A stretch of 64,000 bases of DNA. Origin: Nitrospirales bacterium. GTDB lineage: Bacteria > Nitrospirota > Nitrospiria > Nitrospirales > UBA8639. A program made the translations under genes and the position numbers. Positions 1-10,538 of this stretch are shown here, in pieces; positions within the stretch are counted from its first letter, which is position 1; each line of letters begins with the position of its first letter. The notes under the pieces were generated by a model. That model saw only the letters and a program-made list of their open reading frames with translations, searched no databases and was not told the origin of the DNA. Location of the stretch: positions 2,624,001 through 2,688,000 of the forward strand of contig OY820905.2 in assembly GCA_963555755.3 (NCBI GenBank), in the 5' to 3' direction.

Positions 1-321
1 ATTTGCCGACAAAGAAGTCGCGCGCGCGATTAGCGACTTGTTCAATGGTATATGATTCGATGTTCAGTGGAGCAGCCCTGGTGTCAGACAATTCTAGTCG
101 CAAATCCTTCGCTAGATTGCTGATTGATGCCGGCCCCAAATGTCCCATACCGGCGGTCATTGCCACGATAGGTAAGCCCCTATAGAGGTTGAAAACCTTT
201 ATGCCGTGTTGCCAAATATTAGACACCAGAGATCTGCCATCCGTGTCTGTGGAGACAAGCGACGTAGCGCTGTCCGCCGCAAACACGATGCAGTCATGCA
301 CCTTGATGGCAACACAAACAG

Positions 322-543
322 TCATGATCTGATGTGGCTAAAGGAGACGGGCCGGCCTACCTTATGTGGAGTCCGATTCGGACCCTGCGGTGGGTTCGTC
401 TCGTCACGCCGTTCAGCGCCGCCACGGGTGACAGCCCAAGCCAACGCGTCAGGTGTGGCATTGATGCCCACGTCCTCTTCTATCTCGGCTTTGCTGGGCT
501 GATGGGAAGAAGGACTCACTCGCCTCTGCACGCACTTATCCAC
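322..543 (-). CDS. small hypothetical protein
   Basis: 73-aa ORF (HQPSKAEIEEDVGINATPDALAWAV) preceded by an AGGA-like RBS; no confident family. Confidence 0.3.
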   Translation of the reverse strand: MDKCVQRRVSPSSHQPSKAEIEEDVGINATPDALAWAVTRGGAERRDETNPPQGPNRTPHKVGRPVSFSHIRS

Positions 544-722
544 GGGATATCCTCCCTAGCTGGTCCTCACCCTCAAGCACACCACATATAGTGTGCCTGA
601 ACCATTGACACCCATTAGTTCCCATGTTTTCCCCGATGTCCACAGATATTAACTAAAGTGGTTTAATCATCCGCCATCAGCCACCGCTAGCGGCTGTTCG
701 GCACTTTGCGATATAAGTCCCT

Positions 723-761
723 AAAAAAGGGGGCCGGGACTGTAAAGTCCCGACCCCTTTT
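723..761 (-). terminator. rho-independent terminator of nxrAB
   Basis: Minus strand GGGGTCGGGAC-TTTACA-GTCCCGGCCCCC followed by a T run, about 30 bp after the nxrB stop. Confidence 0.85.
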
Positions 762-792
762 CCTGTGACTCTTGAATCAAAGATCAAGAATC

Positions 793-2082
793 TTACAACC
801 AGGTGGCGCGTTCTGCTGGCCGAATGTAAATTGGCTCTTCCACCTGTTGCCGCACCGCTTCCTTGCCGGACTTGTTGAAGCCCAACACGGTGTCGTTATA
901 CATCTGGAACCGCTTCCCGTGAATCTGGGTCTCAAACACTAACGGCCCAGGAATCACGTCATACCGGAAGATGATTTGTTGGCTCGCTCTCCACAATTGG
1001 AGCACCGCTAACAACTCCCGACTCGGTACCAAATACTTCTCAATCGCGCTGTCCACGCCCGGCCCAAACATCTGCCGGATGTAGCCACGCGGGGCCTGCC
1101 GCGGTGGAATGTAGAATCCATTCGGCTCCGTGCCCCATTGAGGATACAATGGTAACGCCACTTGTTCCACCCGAATGGTGTAATAGAGTGGGTTCCAGCG
1201 GTCTTCCGCCCACAGGCCATCTTCGCCAATTTTGACGAGATTCTGTAAGCGGATTTTTCCGACGCAAGCTGCCATACATCGTGTTTCCATTGGCTCACCA
1301 CCGGTCAAAGGATCTTTTCCCTCCACCCGCGGATAACATGCAATGCACTTCTCGGTCACCCGAGTTGTTCCACGATACATTGGCTTCTTGTATGGACATT
1401 GTTCCACGCACTTCTTGTAACCACGGCAACGGTTTTGGTCGATTAGCACGATGCCGTCCTCAGGCCTCTTATAAATGGCCTTTCGTGGGCAAGCAGCCAA
1501 ACAACCAGGGTAGGTGCAATGATTACAAATACGTTGGAGATAGAAGAAGTAGGTTTCATGCTCTGGCAAACTGCTGCCCTGCATTTTCCATGGTTCTTCT
1601 TTTGTGAAACCGGTTTTGTCAATGCCTTCCACAATAGCACGCATCGACGTCGCCGTGTCTTCATAAATATTCACAAACCGCCATTCTTGGTCAGTCGGAA
1701 TGTACCCGATTGCGGCTTGGCCGACTTTGGCGCCCGCATCAAAAATCGTCATTCCTTCGAACACGCCATATGGCGCATGGTGTTTGCGGCCCACACGAAC
1801 ATTCCACACCTGTCCGCCTGGATTTACTTGCTCGACCAACTGCGTGATTTTCACATCGTAGAACTGTGGATAACCACCATATGGTTTGGTTTCCACATTG
1901 TTCCACCACATGTATTCCTGACCTTTTGAGAACAACCAAGTTGACTTGTCTGCCATGGAACAGGTTTGACAGGCCAAACATCGATTGATGTTGAACACAA
2001 AGGCGAATTGCCACTTTGGATGGCGTTCCTCATACGGATACAACATCTTCCGTCCTAATTGCCAATTATATACTTCTGGCAT
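793..2082 (-). CDS. nxrB: nitrite oxidoreductase beta subunit (Nitrospira-type)
   Basis: MPEVYNWQLGR N-terminus; Fe-S motifs CLACQTC, CNHCTYPGCLAACP, CRGYKKCVEQCP, CIACYPR. Confidence 0.97.
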   Translation of the reverse strand: MPEVYNWQLGRKMLYPYEERHPKWQFAFVFNINRCLACQTCSMADKSTWLFSKGQEYMWWNNVETKPYGGYPQFYDVKITQLVEQVNPGGQVWNVRVGRKHHAPYGVFEGMTIFDAGAKVGQAAIGYIPTDQEWRFVNIYEDTATSMRAIVEGIDKTGFTKEEPWKMQGSSLPEHETYFFYLQRICNHCTYPGCLAACPRKAIYKRPEDGIVLIDQNRCRGYKKCVEQCPYKKPMYRGTTRVTEKCIACYPRVEGKDPLTGGEPMETRCMAACVGKIRLQNLVKIGEDGLWAEDRWNPLYYTIRVEQVALPLYPQWGTEPNGFYIPPRQAPRGYIRQMFGPGVDSAIEKYLVPSRELLAVLQLWRASQQIIFRYDVIPGPLVFETQIHGKRFQMYNDTVLGFNKSGKEAVRQQVEEPIYIRPAERATWL

Positions 2083-2191
2083 AATTTCCTCCGTTTCTTT
2101 GAACCATTTTTAAAATCCAATTGGTAAAGTTCCACATTTGATCTTGGATGCTAAGGGAGGAAAACCATACCCCTCCCCCATGGAATACTTA

Positions 2192-5100
2192 TTACACCTT
2201 GATCTTAATGTGGTCGCCTTTGAGCCACTTAATCATGAACTCATTTTCCTGGCCAGGGGTAAACCCGGTTCGGACTGGCTCCCATGGACCACGACCGCCG
2301 ATACCACCGTCTTCTGCTTTTGTGATTCGCATCAGACATTCTTTTGGAACGGTATTGACCGCATGGTTATCCACTTGATAGCCGAATTTAAACTTCCATG
2401 CCACGGCATGTTTGCCTGGCAAGGAGTCTAACTGATGCATTGGCATCAACCAATCCCGTGTAAAGGACTGTTGGGCCCCATACCGGAAGTTCGATTGATA
2501 CCCCGTATCCATCGCAATCGCGCGTCCGTCTGGCCGTGTTTCATGACCTTTCACGGATTTAGCGGTTGCCACATACGGTGCATGTTTCGCCATACACACA
2601 TGATACGGGAAGGCCGGGTTGTACTTCGCCCGAATCATTAACCGTGCCACTTTGTAATATGGATCTGATGGTTTCCATCCACGGTACGGCCGATCCACTG
2701 GGTTACCATCAACGTAGATGTAGTCACCGTCGTTGATACCACGATCCTTGGCCGCTTGCGGATTCACATGCATTTGATGTTCACCGACGCCTGGCGTCCG
2801 TTTATCCATACGATATGCATCACCGAAATTCGATTCATACATCTGCACCCAGTCGTTCACTGACCATTGACTGTGCACCCGATGTCGAGTCTTCGGTGTC
2901 ACACAATAGAATTGATACCCCTTTTCCCACAATGGATTAGAGTACCGTTTGATTTCCTGCCACGGCAATGCAATGTTCCGCACCGTTTTATCATCATGGT
3001 GCTGCGCCGTGATGGGAATCCCGTAGTCATCTGGCCGCACATACGGGTTTGTCGTCATAATCGCATTTGGCAGGTACGGCGTTGCTTCCGTTCCTTCACG
3101 ATGCGAAATGAAGTTTTCCCCATACTCAATGGCTTCCGGCTCGATCCGGTAGTTTTCATACCGACCCGTCCGCGTCCATTGGGGCTTCGACTCGTTGGTT
3201 TCTTCCCAGAATGGCTGCCGTGGATACGTACGAGACATCACCATCCAGCCTTTTTCAGACTTCAACATGGCATCTGCACTGTATCCATACGACGAACAGC
3301 TCGCATCCAACAACCGTTGAACATACACATCAACCCGGTTGTCATACACAAATTTGAAGTAATCACGGAACCGACGATCACCTGTCATTTGCGTCAACTT
3401 CGCGGCCGTGCCAGCCGTGGTATCTAGATCGTTCCGCGTGTCATACAACGGCCGAATGCCGCCTTTCCACACTTGGAACCACGGATTGGACACCGTCGCC
3501 GTATGCTCCGGATACGTGAACTCCATCCACGTATTGACACCCAACGCGACGTCGTTGTGGTTGACGTCTGAGGTCATTTCAATGTCTTGCGTAACAAGGC
3601 ATTCATTGTGTGGATCAACGTTCTTCACCATATCATAGTGATGTTTCGCGTTGTTGATCACGTTCACATTCGCCACCCACCGGAATTTACTTGGGGTCGG
3701 CATGTGCGTCTTCCCGGTAAACACCCGGCGCCCATACTTTGGCGTGTTCACAATCAACGCCGTATCCCCATGATTCCAATACGCGACTTCTTCACCGTAG
3801 TAGTACCCACGTACATGGATTTCTTTGCCATGCGCGTTCGGATCCAAGGTGATCTTAAATGGATTCTCTGCAGTGTGCGTGCCGAGACCACCACCCGACC
3901 ATGGCGTGGCGTTCCAAATCCCGGCTTTATAGTTCCCGGCCCAGGTATGCTGCCCGGTCCCGAACTTCCCGACGTTCCCTGTGATGATCAATACCATCGC
4001 AGCCCCACGGCCAATGATGGTTTGGTGGAAGTAATGGTTCGTGCCTTCCCCGTTATGAATCGCCGCAGGTTTAATCGTACCTGAATCCCGCGCCCAACGG
4101 ACAATCAAGTCCTTTGGCGCCCGGTTGATCTGATGTACCGTATCCAAATCATAATCTTGCAAATGCGCTTGATACATTTGGAATACTGGCAACACGTCCA
4201 CTTCCCGATTATTTAACAACTTCACCCGGTAAGATCCGTTCATAGCGGCTTCAATACCGCTATTTCGGTAATGCCACCCCACCAACTCACGATGAATCGG
4301 CACGGCTTGATTTTTATTGATATCCCACACCATGAAACCACCAAGACGGGCGATTTTGGATGGGTTTAATGTTTGGACTTTCCCTGAATACGTCTTGGAG
4401 AAATCCGGGAGGGTATAACCTTTGATCACGTCCCGGGGGTCCAAGTATTGCAACGTATCCGTTCGCACCAAAATCGGCATGTCCGTGTACGCTGCACAGA
4501 AATCATGATCGTGCATGTTTTCATCAAAGATGATTTTGCATGCACCCAAGAACAATGCCGCGTCTGTGGCTGGCCGCACCGGAATCCAGTAGTCCGCCCG
4601 ATACGCCGTCGGGTTATACTCTGGGGTGATGACCACAACACGCGCACCACGCTCAATGGATTCGAGCTTCCAATGCGCTTCCGGCATTTTGTTTTCCACG
4701 AAGTTCTTCCCCCAGCTCGTGTTCAGCTTGGAGAAACGCATGTCGTTCATGTCGATGTCCGAGGTTTGTACCCCTGACCAGTAAGGATGTGCTGGGTTTT
4801 GGTCACCATGCCAGGTGTAGTTCGACCAATACCGACCACCCTGAGCTTGATGTGGCTTCACTTTGCGAATGTAGGTGTCGAGCAATGCCCCACAACCACC
4901 GTTCATTCGAGTGATTGCCATTTTCCCAATGACACCCAAAATCGGCATCCCGGCGCGGAACTTCATGGTCCGCACACCAGAGCCTTTGGTCATTTCGATC
5001 ATTTCCGGTGGATAGCCCTGCTCCCGCAACCGACGGGCGCCGGATTCACCACTATACCGCTCGGCAATGACCATCATCGCTTTGGCAAGATACGTAAACG

Positions 5101-5629
5101 CTGTATCCCAGCTGACGCGCAACATGTCATCCAGGTACCGCGCATTGAATTTGTATTTACTCATCACATCAGGCGTGAACTCCGGGCTGCCCGCATCCAT
5201 CCAGGCTTTCCACCCGCGTCGCATCAAAGGACCTTTCAACCGATATGGTCCATACACACGACGATGCATCGTGTACCCCTTCAAGCACATCCGTGGATTG
5301 TGCGCGAAGGTTCCGCGATTGCCGTACAAATCTTCGTACGTTTGATGATCGTAGTTTTGTTCCACCCGCATCACCACACCATTACGTACAAATGAACGTA
5401 CGCGGCAAGCATGGGTGTCGTTCGGGGAACAGACCCATGTAAAGGAAGAATCATAGCGATACTGATCGTGATACACACGCTCCCAGGCGCGATCAGGATA
5501 CTCGCCGAGTGGATTTCCCACTTCAATGACCGGTTGCAGCGCGGTCAGCGCTAAGGCCTTGTCGGCCAACGCCACCGCCGCCACCGTCCCGGTGGTGACC
5601 TTTAAAAACTGTCTTCTGGAAAGAAACAT
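2192..5629 (-). CDS. nxrA: nitrite oxidoreductase alpha subunit, periplasmic, Mo-bisPGD
   Basis: 1145 aa; Tat signal SRRQFLK; FS0 motif CSPNDTHAC...PRMC; NYTWHGD; directly upstream of nxrB. Confidence 0.97.
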   Translation of the reverse strand: MFLSRRQFLKVTTGTVAAVALADKALALTALQPVIEVGNPLGEYPDRAWERVYHDQYRYDSSFTWVCSPNDTHACRVRSFVRNGVVMRVEQNYDHQTYEDLYGNRGTFAHNPRMCLKGYTMHRRVYGPYRLKGPLMRRGWKAWMDAGSPEFTPDVMSKYKFNARYLDDMLRVSWDTAFTYLAKAMMVIAERYSGESGARRLREQGYPPEMIEMTKGSGVRTMKFRAGMPILGVIGKMAITRMNGGCGALLDTYIRKVKPHQAQGGRYWSNYTWHGDQNPAHPYWSGVQTSDIDMNDMRFSKLNTSWGKNFVENKMPEAHWKLESIERGARVVVITPEYNPTAYRADYWIPVRPATDAALFLGACKIIFDENMHDHDFCAAYTDMPILVRTDTLQYLDPRDVIKGYTLPDFSKTYSGKVQTLNPSKIARLGGFMVWDINKNQAVPIHRELVGWHYRNSGIEAAMNGSYRVKLLNNREVDVLPVFQMYQAHLQDYDLDTVHQINRAPKDLIVRWARDSGTIKPAAIHNGEGTNHYFHQTIIGRGAAMVLIITGNVGKFGTGQHTWAGNYKAGIWNATPWSGGGLGTHTAENPFKITLDPNAHGKEIHVRGYYYGEEVAYWNHGDTALIVNTPKYGRRVFTGKTHMPTPSKFRWVANVNVINNAKHHYDMVKNVDPHNECLVTQDIEMTSDVNHNDVALGVNTWMEFTYPEHTATVSNPWFQVWKGGIRPLYDTRNDLDTTAGTAAKLTQMTGDRRFRDYFKFVYDNRVDVYVQRLLDASCSSYGYSADAMLKSEKGWMVMSRTYPRQPFWEETNESKPQWTRTGRYENYRIEPEAIEYGENFISHREGTEATPYLPNAIMTTNPYVRPDDYGIPITAQHHDDKTVRNIALPWQEIKRYSNPLWEKGYQFYCVTPKTRHRVHSQWSVNDWVQMYESNFGDAYRMDKRTPGVGEHQMHVNPQAAKDRGINDGDYIYVDGNPVDRPYRGWKPSDPYYKVARLMIRAKYNPAFPYHVCMAKHAPYVATAKSVKGHETRPDGRAIAMDTGYQSNFRYGAQQSFTRDWLMPMHQLDSLPGKHAVAWKFKFGYQVDNHAVNTVPKECLMRITKAEDGGIGGRGPWEPVRTGFTPGQENEFMIKWLKGDHIKIKV

Positions 5630-5809
5630 TGCAAATACCTCCTCGTGTGAAGACTGTGAGATTACAGCCTAACGTGGAATACGTTAAACATTAAAAAGAC
5701 TCCCTTATAATTAGGGAAACGTAAACCGTACCACCTCCCTTCTTTAAAAACCTGATTGTGGTTAAATAAATACATTTCAAATTCCAAAAATAATCCCAAT
5801 AAACTTTAA

Positions 5810-5825
5810 AGCAAATATCGAGCCA
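5810..5825 (-). promoter_or_regulatory. sigma54 (-24/-12) promoter of nxrAB
   Basis: Minus strand TGGCTCGATATTTGCT = GG-N10-GC, about 180 bp upstream of the nxrA ATG. Confidence 0.7.
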
Positions 5826-6144
5826 AAAATAAAACATTTGAGCGCAATCATAACTTATTGTTTTTACTGGAAAAATTATGTAAATTGATATGGGGTTTAT
5901 AATGAATGTTTACTTTTGGTAGCAAAATTATTTTATTTTATTGAGCAACTTAAATTAAATTTGCTTTCCAATTTTGGTGGAACAATTTAAAATGAAAAAA
6001 AACAGCACGTTATAAAAAAAAATACTGAAAATTAATAAAAAAAATGGATTAACAAGACGCATTTCATGTTTACAATTGGTAACGTATAGAAAGTTTTTGG
6101 CTTTTATTTCAATTAAATCAATGATGAACAATCAACAATTTTAT

Positions 6145-6286
6145 GGGCACCTCTAAAAACCAGGCATTTTTTGTGAGGGCTAAGGAAGCCGCGCGGGGAA
6201 AACCGGGGTGTATGGGCGAATACATGAGGATTTGAGCACGCGGCTGACGCCGCCATCGGGGAAAAGGACGGTTTTTAGAGGTGCCC
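6145..6286. mobile_element. MITE family A, copy 1
   Basis: Terminal IR GGGCACCTCTAAAAAC; 4-bp TSD TTAT; near-identical copies at 11479 and 54941. Confidence 0.9.
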
Positions 6287-6507
6287 TTATCAAACTTTTA
6301 CGGAGGATTTGAAATTGTTCTTGCTCTCAAGACCCCGTTAAGTTGCTGCGTGAGTCCATTTTTTAATGGGAAATGTCTCCTGTTATTTTCTAAAATCAAG
6401 TTACACATTCACGGACGTTACCTTTTAGTAACAATTTGAAAATACACTAGATTATTAGCTTTTTCTCTGTGATCCAGTGATAGTGATACCGATATAAAAA
6501 CCTGAAA

Positions 6508-7599
6508 TTATTGTAGGGAAGTCAGAGGAATGGAGCTCCAAGAGTTTGCGCTATCTGTGCTTTTGTATAATCCACTCCCATTAGTACCACAGTAAATGAT
6601 AGACTGATCTTTTGGGTCCATGACAAGCACTCGAATATTCAAATTTTCAAGGCCATCGTGCTTCGGAACCCAATTTTCCCCGGCATCCAGACTTTTATAC
6701 ATCCCTTCGCTGGTTCCTAGGTATAAGTGGAAGGTGTTATGAGGGTTTATGATAAGACTACTGACATATGGCTCCCCTAAACCAGTCTCAATTTCTGACC
6801 ACAGCTCCCCCTTGTCAGAGGTTTTAAATAAACCTTTGGTGGTTCCAGCATAGACAATATCTGCGTTAGATGGGTCGATCACCAACCAGTTCACACCCAA
6901 AGCCATCGACGCCAGTTTGGCATCGTCCGGAACCAGGCCATTATTGATCTTCACCCAATTTTCAGTCCCGTCAAAACTCCTGTAGACCCCTCCACTGGTC
7001 CCCGCATATACAATGTTGGGATGCTGAGGATCCACTGCCAAGGCTACGATAAAATTAATCTCCTTCATTCCCTTCATGCGCTCGACCCAAGACTCCCCAC
7101 CATCCGTACTTCGAAACACCCCAACGGTTGTCGCCGCATACAAGGTTTGGGTGTCAGTAGGATGAAAAACCAGCTGATTCACATTTGACGAAATAGTGCC
7201 CTTTTGAATGCCGGCATTCCGGGGAAGCCACCGTCGGCCCCCATCGGGACTTTTGTAGACCCCATCCGTCAGGGTTCCTGCAAACACATTGGCAGGGAGG
7301 AGAGGATCAATAGCCAGGTTCATCACCCGAACATGGCTCAACCCCTCGGTTAGCCGCGTCCACCCGTGTCCGCCATCACGGGTTTTATAGACAGCCTCAT
7401 CCGTGGCAATATACATAATGTTGGGTTTGGTCGGATGCACCACGATCGCTGCCACCCGATCACTACGTTGGCTACAGCCAACAAGGACAATAATGGCCCC
7501 GAGGGCGCAGAGGGTCATTTTGGTGAAAATACTCATAGAATATCCCGAGTTACTCCCTCCCCATCTTGAGTGGTCGGGTATATCCGGTAAGCTCCACAT
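6508..7599 (-). CDS. BNR/YCF48-like beta-propeller lipoprotein (true start probably MSIFTK, ~7536)
   Basis: Repeated S.DGG..W Asp-box motifs; lipobox LVGC. Confidence 0.8.
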   Translation of the reverse strand: MWSLPDIPDHSRWGGSNSGYSMSIFTKMTLCALGAIIVLVGCSQRSDRVAAIVVHPTKPNIMYIATDEAVYKTRDGGHGWTRLTEGLSHVRVMNLAIDPLLPANVFAGTLTDGVYKSPDGGRRWLPRNAGIQKGTISSNVNQLVFHPTDTQTLYAATTVGVFRSTDGGESWVERMKGMKEINFIVALAVDPQHPNIVYAGTSGGVYRSFDGTENWVKINNGLVPDDAKLASMALGVNWLVIDPSNADIVYAGTTKGLFKTSDKGELWSEIETGLGEPYVSSLIINPHNTFHLYLGTSEGMYKSLDAGENWVPKHDGLENLNIRVLVMDPKDQSIIYCGTNGSGLYKSTDSANSWSSIPLTSLQ

Positions 7600-8833
7600 A
7601 TCCCTGTCCTCGAATCGTGTCTCCCCGATGCTGCCCGCTCACGTCCACTGCTCCTTCCCAATAGCTTGTCTGAGTACTTTGAGACGTTCGCAATTCCTGA
7701 TCAGCCAAAACTGGTTTGATTTGCACACGAAGCTGAGCAGACGGCACGTCGAGTACCCAGCCAGAGGGGTAACGAGCCTTTGTATGCGGGCTGGTCCAAT
7801 AATCCTGAGTTTCGACGCCGATGTCCTGCAATCGCAGATACTGAGATCGCCCGTCGGGGAATATGAGGGTCCCGCTGGACACCGGATCCGATGAACCGTC
7901 TTTCCTTCGCAAGAGGTAGACCATCAGTTCCATTTTTGAGTCAAACTGCAGGCTAAACCAGTCCCACCCAACTTGATCCTCACCCAATTCACCCGAGCCA
8001 AATTCGTGATCCATCCAACTGAGGCCCGTCACCTCGAATTGATCCGATCCAAGAGTCAGTTGCCCCTCGGTAACTAATCGGGTGAGGGAATAATAATGTG
8101 AGGCTTGTCCCGCTTCAGCCCCCTTGCGACTGATGCCGTCTTCTCCATGGATCACCGGTGATTTTTCCACAGTCAGCTTGAGGTCAAGGCCAAAGGTTCC
8201 CTCAGCAGCCTTAAGGGATAAAACTTGGTGATCGGGTATCACAGGGTTGAGCGACCAACGATCGATCCACACTTCCATGTGATCAGCCCTGGCACCTGCC
8301 TTCCCAAGCCCAGCTCGACTGAGTTTCTCCGCGAAACGAAACGTGTGATTTTCAACATCCGTCAAAGCCAAATGTGCAAAATACAATTGTGTGATTGCCC
8401 AGCGGGAAGAGCTATTCTGAACTCGTGGATCATCAATGGCTTTCCGGAAGAACGTCAGCTCATACCCAAACCGTCGCCCTGTATCGTTTGCAAGATGCCC
8501 CGTGAAGTACCACCATTCAAGACCAAATTGGTCATGTGAACCATGGTCATGAGGAAACGAATACACATAGCCGGGCTTTGCCTGCATCCTTCCCTTGAGG
8601 GGGTTATTGGGGATGGGCATTTCTTCGACAGCGAATGCCGCCGCACACCACATAAAAAAGAATGCCATCCCCGTCAACACCAAGACCATGGCGCCCTGAC
8701 ACAAAAACCGTCGTTCAAAACCTTTCATAGAGCCTCGCGTAAATGAATTTCCCACATGGCCCGGCTTATAACATGCCATCATGGAACGCGCAATCGCCTT
8801 TCCTGATGCGGATATTTCCGATTTTTCACTCAC
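7550..8833 (-). CDS. lipocalin-like CrtC/AttH-family protein (start uncertain)
   Basis: FPHDHGSH, EWWYFTG, WMDHEF, GWDWFSLQ, YWEGAV, GYVELTGY motifs. Confidence 0.85.
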   Translation of the reverse strand: MSEKSEISASGKAIARSMMACYKPGHVGNSFTRGSMKGFERRFLCQGAMVLVLTGMAFFFMWCAAAFAVEEMPIPNNPLKGRMQAKPGYVYSFPHDHGSHDQFGLEWWYFTGHLANDTGRRFGYELTFFRKAIDDPRVQNSSSRWAITQLYFAHLALTDVENHTFRFAEKLSRAGLGKAGARADHMEVWIDRWSLNPVIPDHQVLSLKAAEGTFGLDLKLTVEKSPVIHGEDGISRKGAEAGQASHYYSLTRLVTEGQLTLGSDQFEVTGLSWMDHEFGSGELGEDQVGWDWFSLQFDSKMELMVYLLRRKDGSSDPVSSGTLIFPDGRSQYLRLQDIGVETQDYWTSPHTKARYPSGWVLDVPSAQLRVQIKPVLADQELRTSQSTQTSYWEGAVDVSGQHRGDTIRGQGYVELTGYTRPLKMGRE

Positions 8834-9557
8834 ACGGGTTTCGCAACGTCACGTTGACAAGGCTCCAAAACCTTCGCTATCGTACCGCATGCCTCAATTG
8901 GATCGAGAAACAGCATCTGAAGCCTTTCCTATCCCGGACGTGATTCCCATTTTCCCGCTTCCCAATGTGGTGTTTTTCCCTAATACGTATCTGCCACTCC
9001 ACATTTTCGAACCACGCTATCGGGACATGATCACGCAAGCGAGCCAGGAAGGCCAGTGCATCGGAATGGTTTTATTAAAGGAAGGGTGGGAAAACGATTA
9101 CTTTGGTGCCCCCCCGGTGTTCTCGCTCGGATGCGTCGGTCGGATCAAAAATATCCAGTCACTTGCGGATGGACGATCAAATGTAATTTTGCATGGATTG
9201 TCGCGCTACGATATTGAAGAAGAATTTTTTGATACCAGTTATCGGCGAGCCAAAATTGCCCTCAGGGCGTATGAGCCGTTTCAGGATCCTGTTGATCCGG
9301 GCCTTCGATTAGGCCTGACCAAATTAGCGCTGCAATATTTGCGCGCTCGCAAAGCCCAGGAACTCTGTAAATTGATTACAGGGCAATCCATCTCAGACAC
9401 GGTGCTCATTAATAGTTTATCGTCGTGTTTGGACTTCACGCCCTTTGAAAAACAGTTTTTATTGGAATCCGAAAGCCTGCATCAACAAACACGCCGTCTT
9501 ATTGACCTGCTTCGATTCAAACTCGACGCGCAAAAGCATTCAACAGAATTGGAATAG
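8781..9557 (+). CDS. LON peptidase substrate-binding domain protein (start possibly 8889)
   Basis: IPIFPLPNVVFFP..LPLHIFEPRYR motif. Confidence 0.85.
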   Translation: MERAIAFPDADISDFSLTRVSQRHVDKAPKPSLSYRMPQLDRETASEAFPIPDVIPIFPLPNVVFFPNTYLPLHIFEPRYRDMITQASQEGQCIGMVLLKEGWENDYFGAPPVFSLGCVGRIKNIQSLADGRSNVILHGLSRYDIEEEFFDTSYRRAKIALRAYEPFQDPVDPGLRLGLTKLALQYLRARKAQELCKLITGQSISDTVLINSLSSCLDFTPFEKQFLLESESLHQQTRRLIDLLRFKLDAQKHSTELE

Positions 9558-10529
9558 ATGAATCCCGCTATTGAAGTGAAAAACTTGGGGAAGACGTATG
9601 GGTCTGTCACAGCCATTGATGACCTCTCCCTCACCATCAATCCTGGGGAAATCTTTGGCCTCCTCGGACCAAATGGGGCCGGAAAAAGTACCACCCTCCG
9701 TATCCTGATCACGGTCCTGAAACCCACAACCGGGACTGCCACGGTTCTGGGACACGATGTGGTACAAGAACCCGATACGGTCAGAAGTCTTATTGGCTAT
9801 GTTCCTCAAGAACGGGCGATCGATCGGTTCTTAACAGGCCGGGAGCATCTCCAACTCTTGGGAGACCTGTACCATTTACCCAAGGCCCAGGCCACACAAC
9901 GCATCCAGGAATTACTCAAACTCGTGGACCTGGAAGAACATGCCGACCGCCCAGCCAAAACCTATTCGGGTGGGATGAAACGCAAATTGGATATTGCCTG
10001 CGGGTTGTTGCCGAATCCGAAAATTGTGTTCCTCGATGAACCGACGCTGGGACTTGATGTCCACAGCCGCCTTCGCATCTGGGATCATATCCGTCAATTG
10101 CGTGAACAAGGCATTACCATCGTGATGACCACGAACTATTTAGAAGAGGCCGATCAGCTCTGTGACCGGTTAGCCATCATCGACCAGGGAAAGATAAAAG
10201 TCATTGGGACACCCAAAGAACTCAAGGCAGGTTTGGGTGGTGATAGTTTGTCTTTGACCGTGAAAGAAAGCCAACTTGATAAACTCGATCGACTCAGCGA
10301 GGGAGTCAAAACTCTTTCCTTTGTTCGGAATATTCGCACCATAGATAATGGTTTAAATATTCGAGTTGAATCACCGGAAAAATCTTTACCCGCCGTTCTG
10401 GAGGTAGCCAATCGCATCGATTGCCAAGTGGATGGCATTGAGTATCATCGGCCACGTCTGGATGATGTATTTGTGTCCTTTACCGGCCATGCCCTCAAAG
10501 GAGAATATCCAGACCCCATGGAGGAGTAA
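9558..10529 (+). CDS. ABC transporter ATP-binding protein (DrrA-like)
   Basis: Walker A GPNGAGKST; signature YSGGMKR; Walker B FLDEPT. Confidence 0.95.
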   Translation: MNPAIEVKNLGKTYGSVTAIDDLSLTINPGEIFGLLGPNGAGKSTTLRILITVLKPTTGTATVLGHDVVQEPDTVRSLIGYVPQERAIDRFLTGREHLQLLGDLYHLPKAQATQRIQELLKLVDLEEHADRPAKTYSGGMKRKLDIACGLLPNPKIVFLDEPTLGLDVHSRLRIWDHIRQLREQGITIVMTTNYLEEADQLCDRLAIIDQGKIKVIGTPKELKAGLGGDSLSLTVKESQLDKLDRLSEGVKTLSFVRNIRTIDNGLNIRVESPEKSLPAVLEVANRIDCQVDGIEYHRPRLDDVFVSFTGHALKGEYPDPMEE

Positions 10530-10538
10530 GCCTGCTCC

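Noticed and set aside
1940..1985. Asp in place of a Cys in the first NxrB Fe-S motif (CLACQTCSMAD)
   Set aside because: Known feature of Nitrospira NxrB, as is the absence of an adjacent nxrC.
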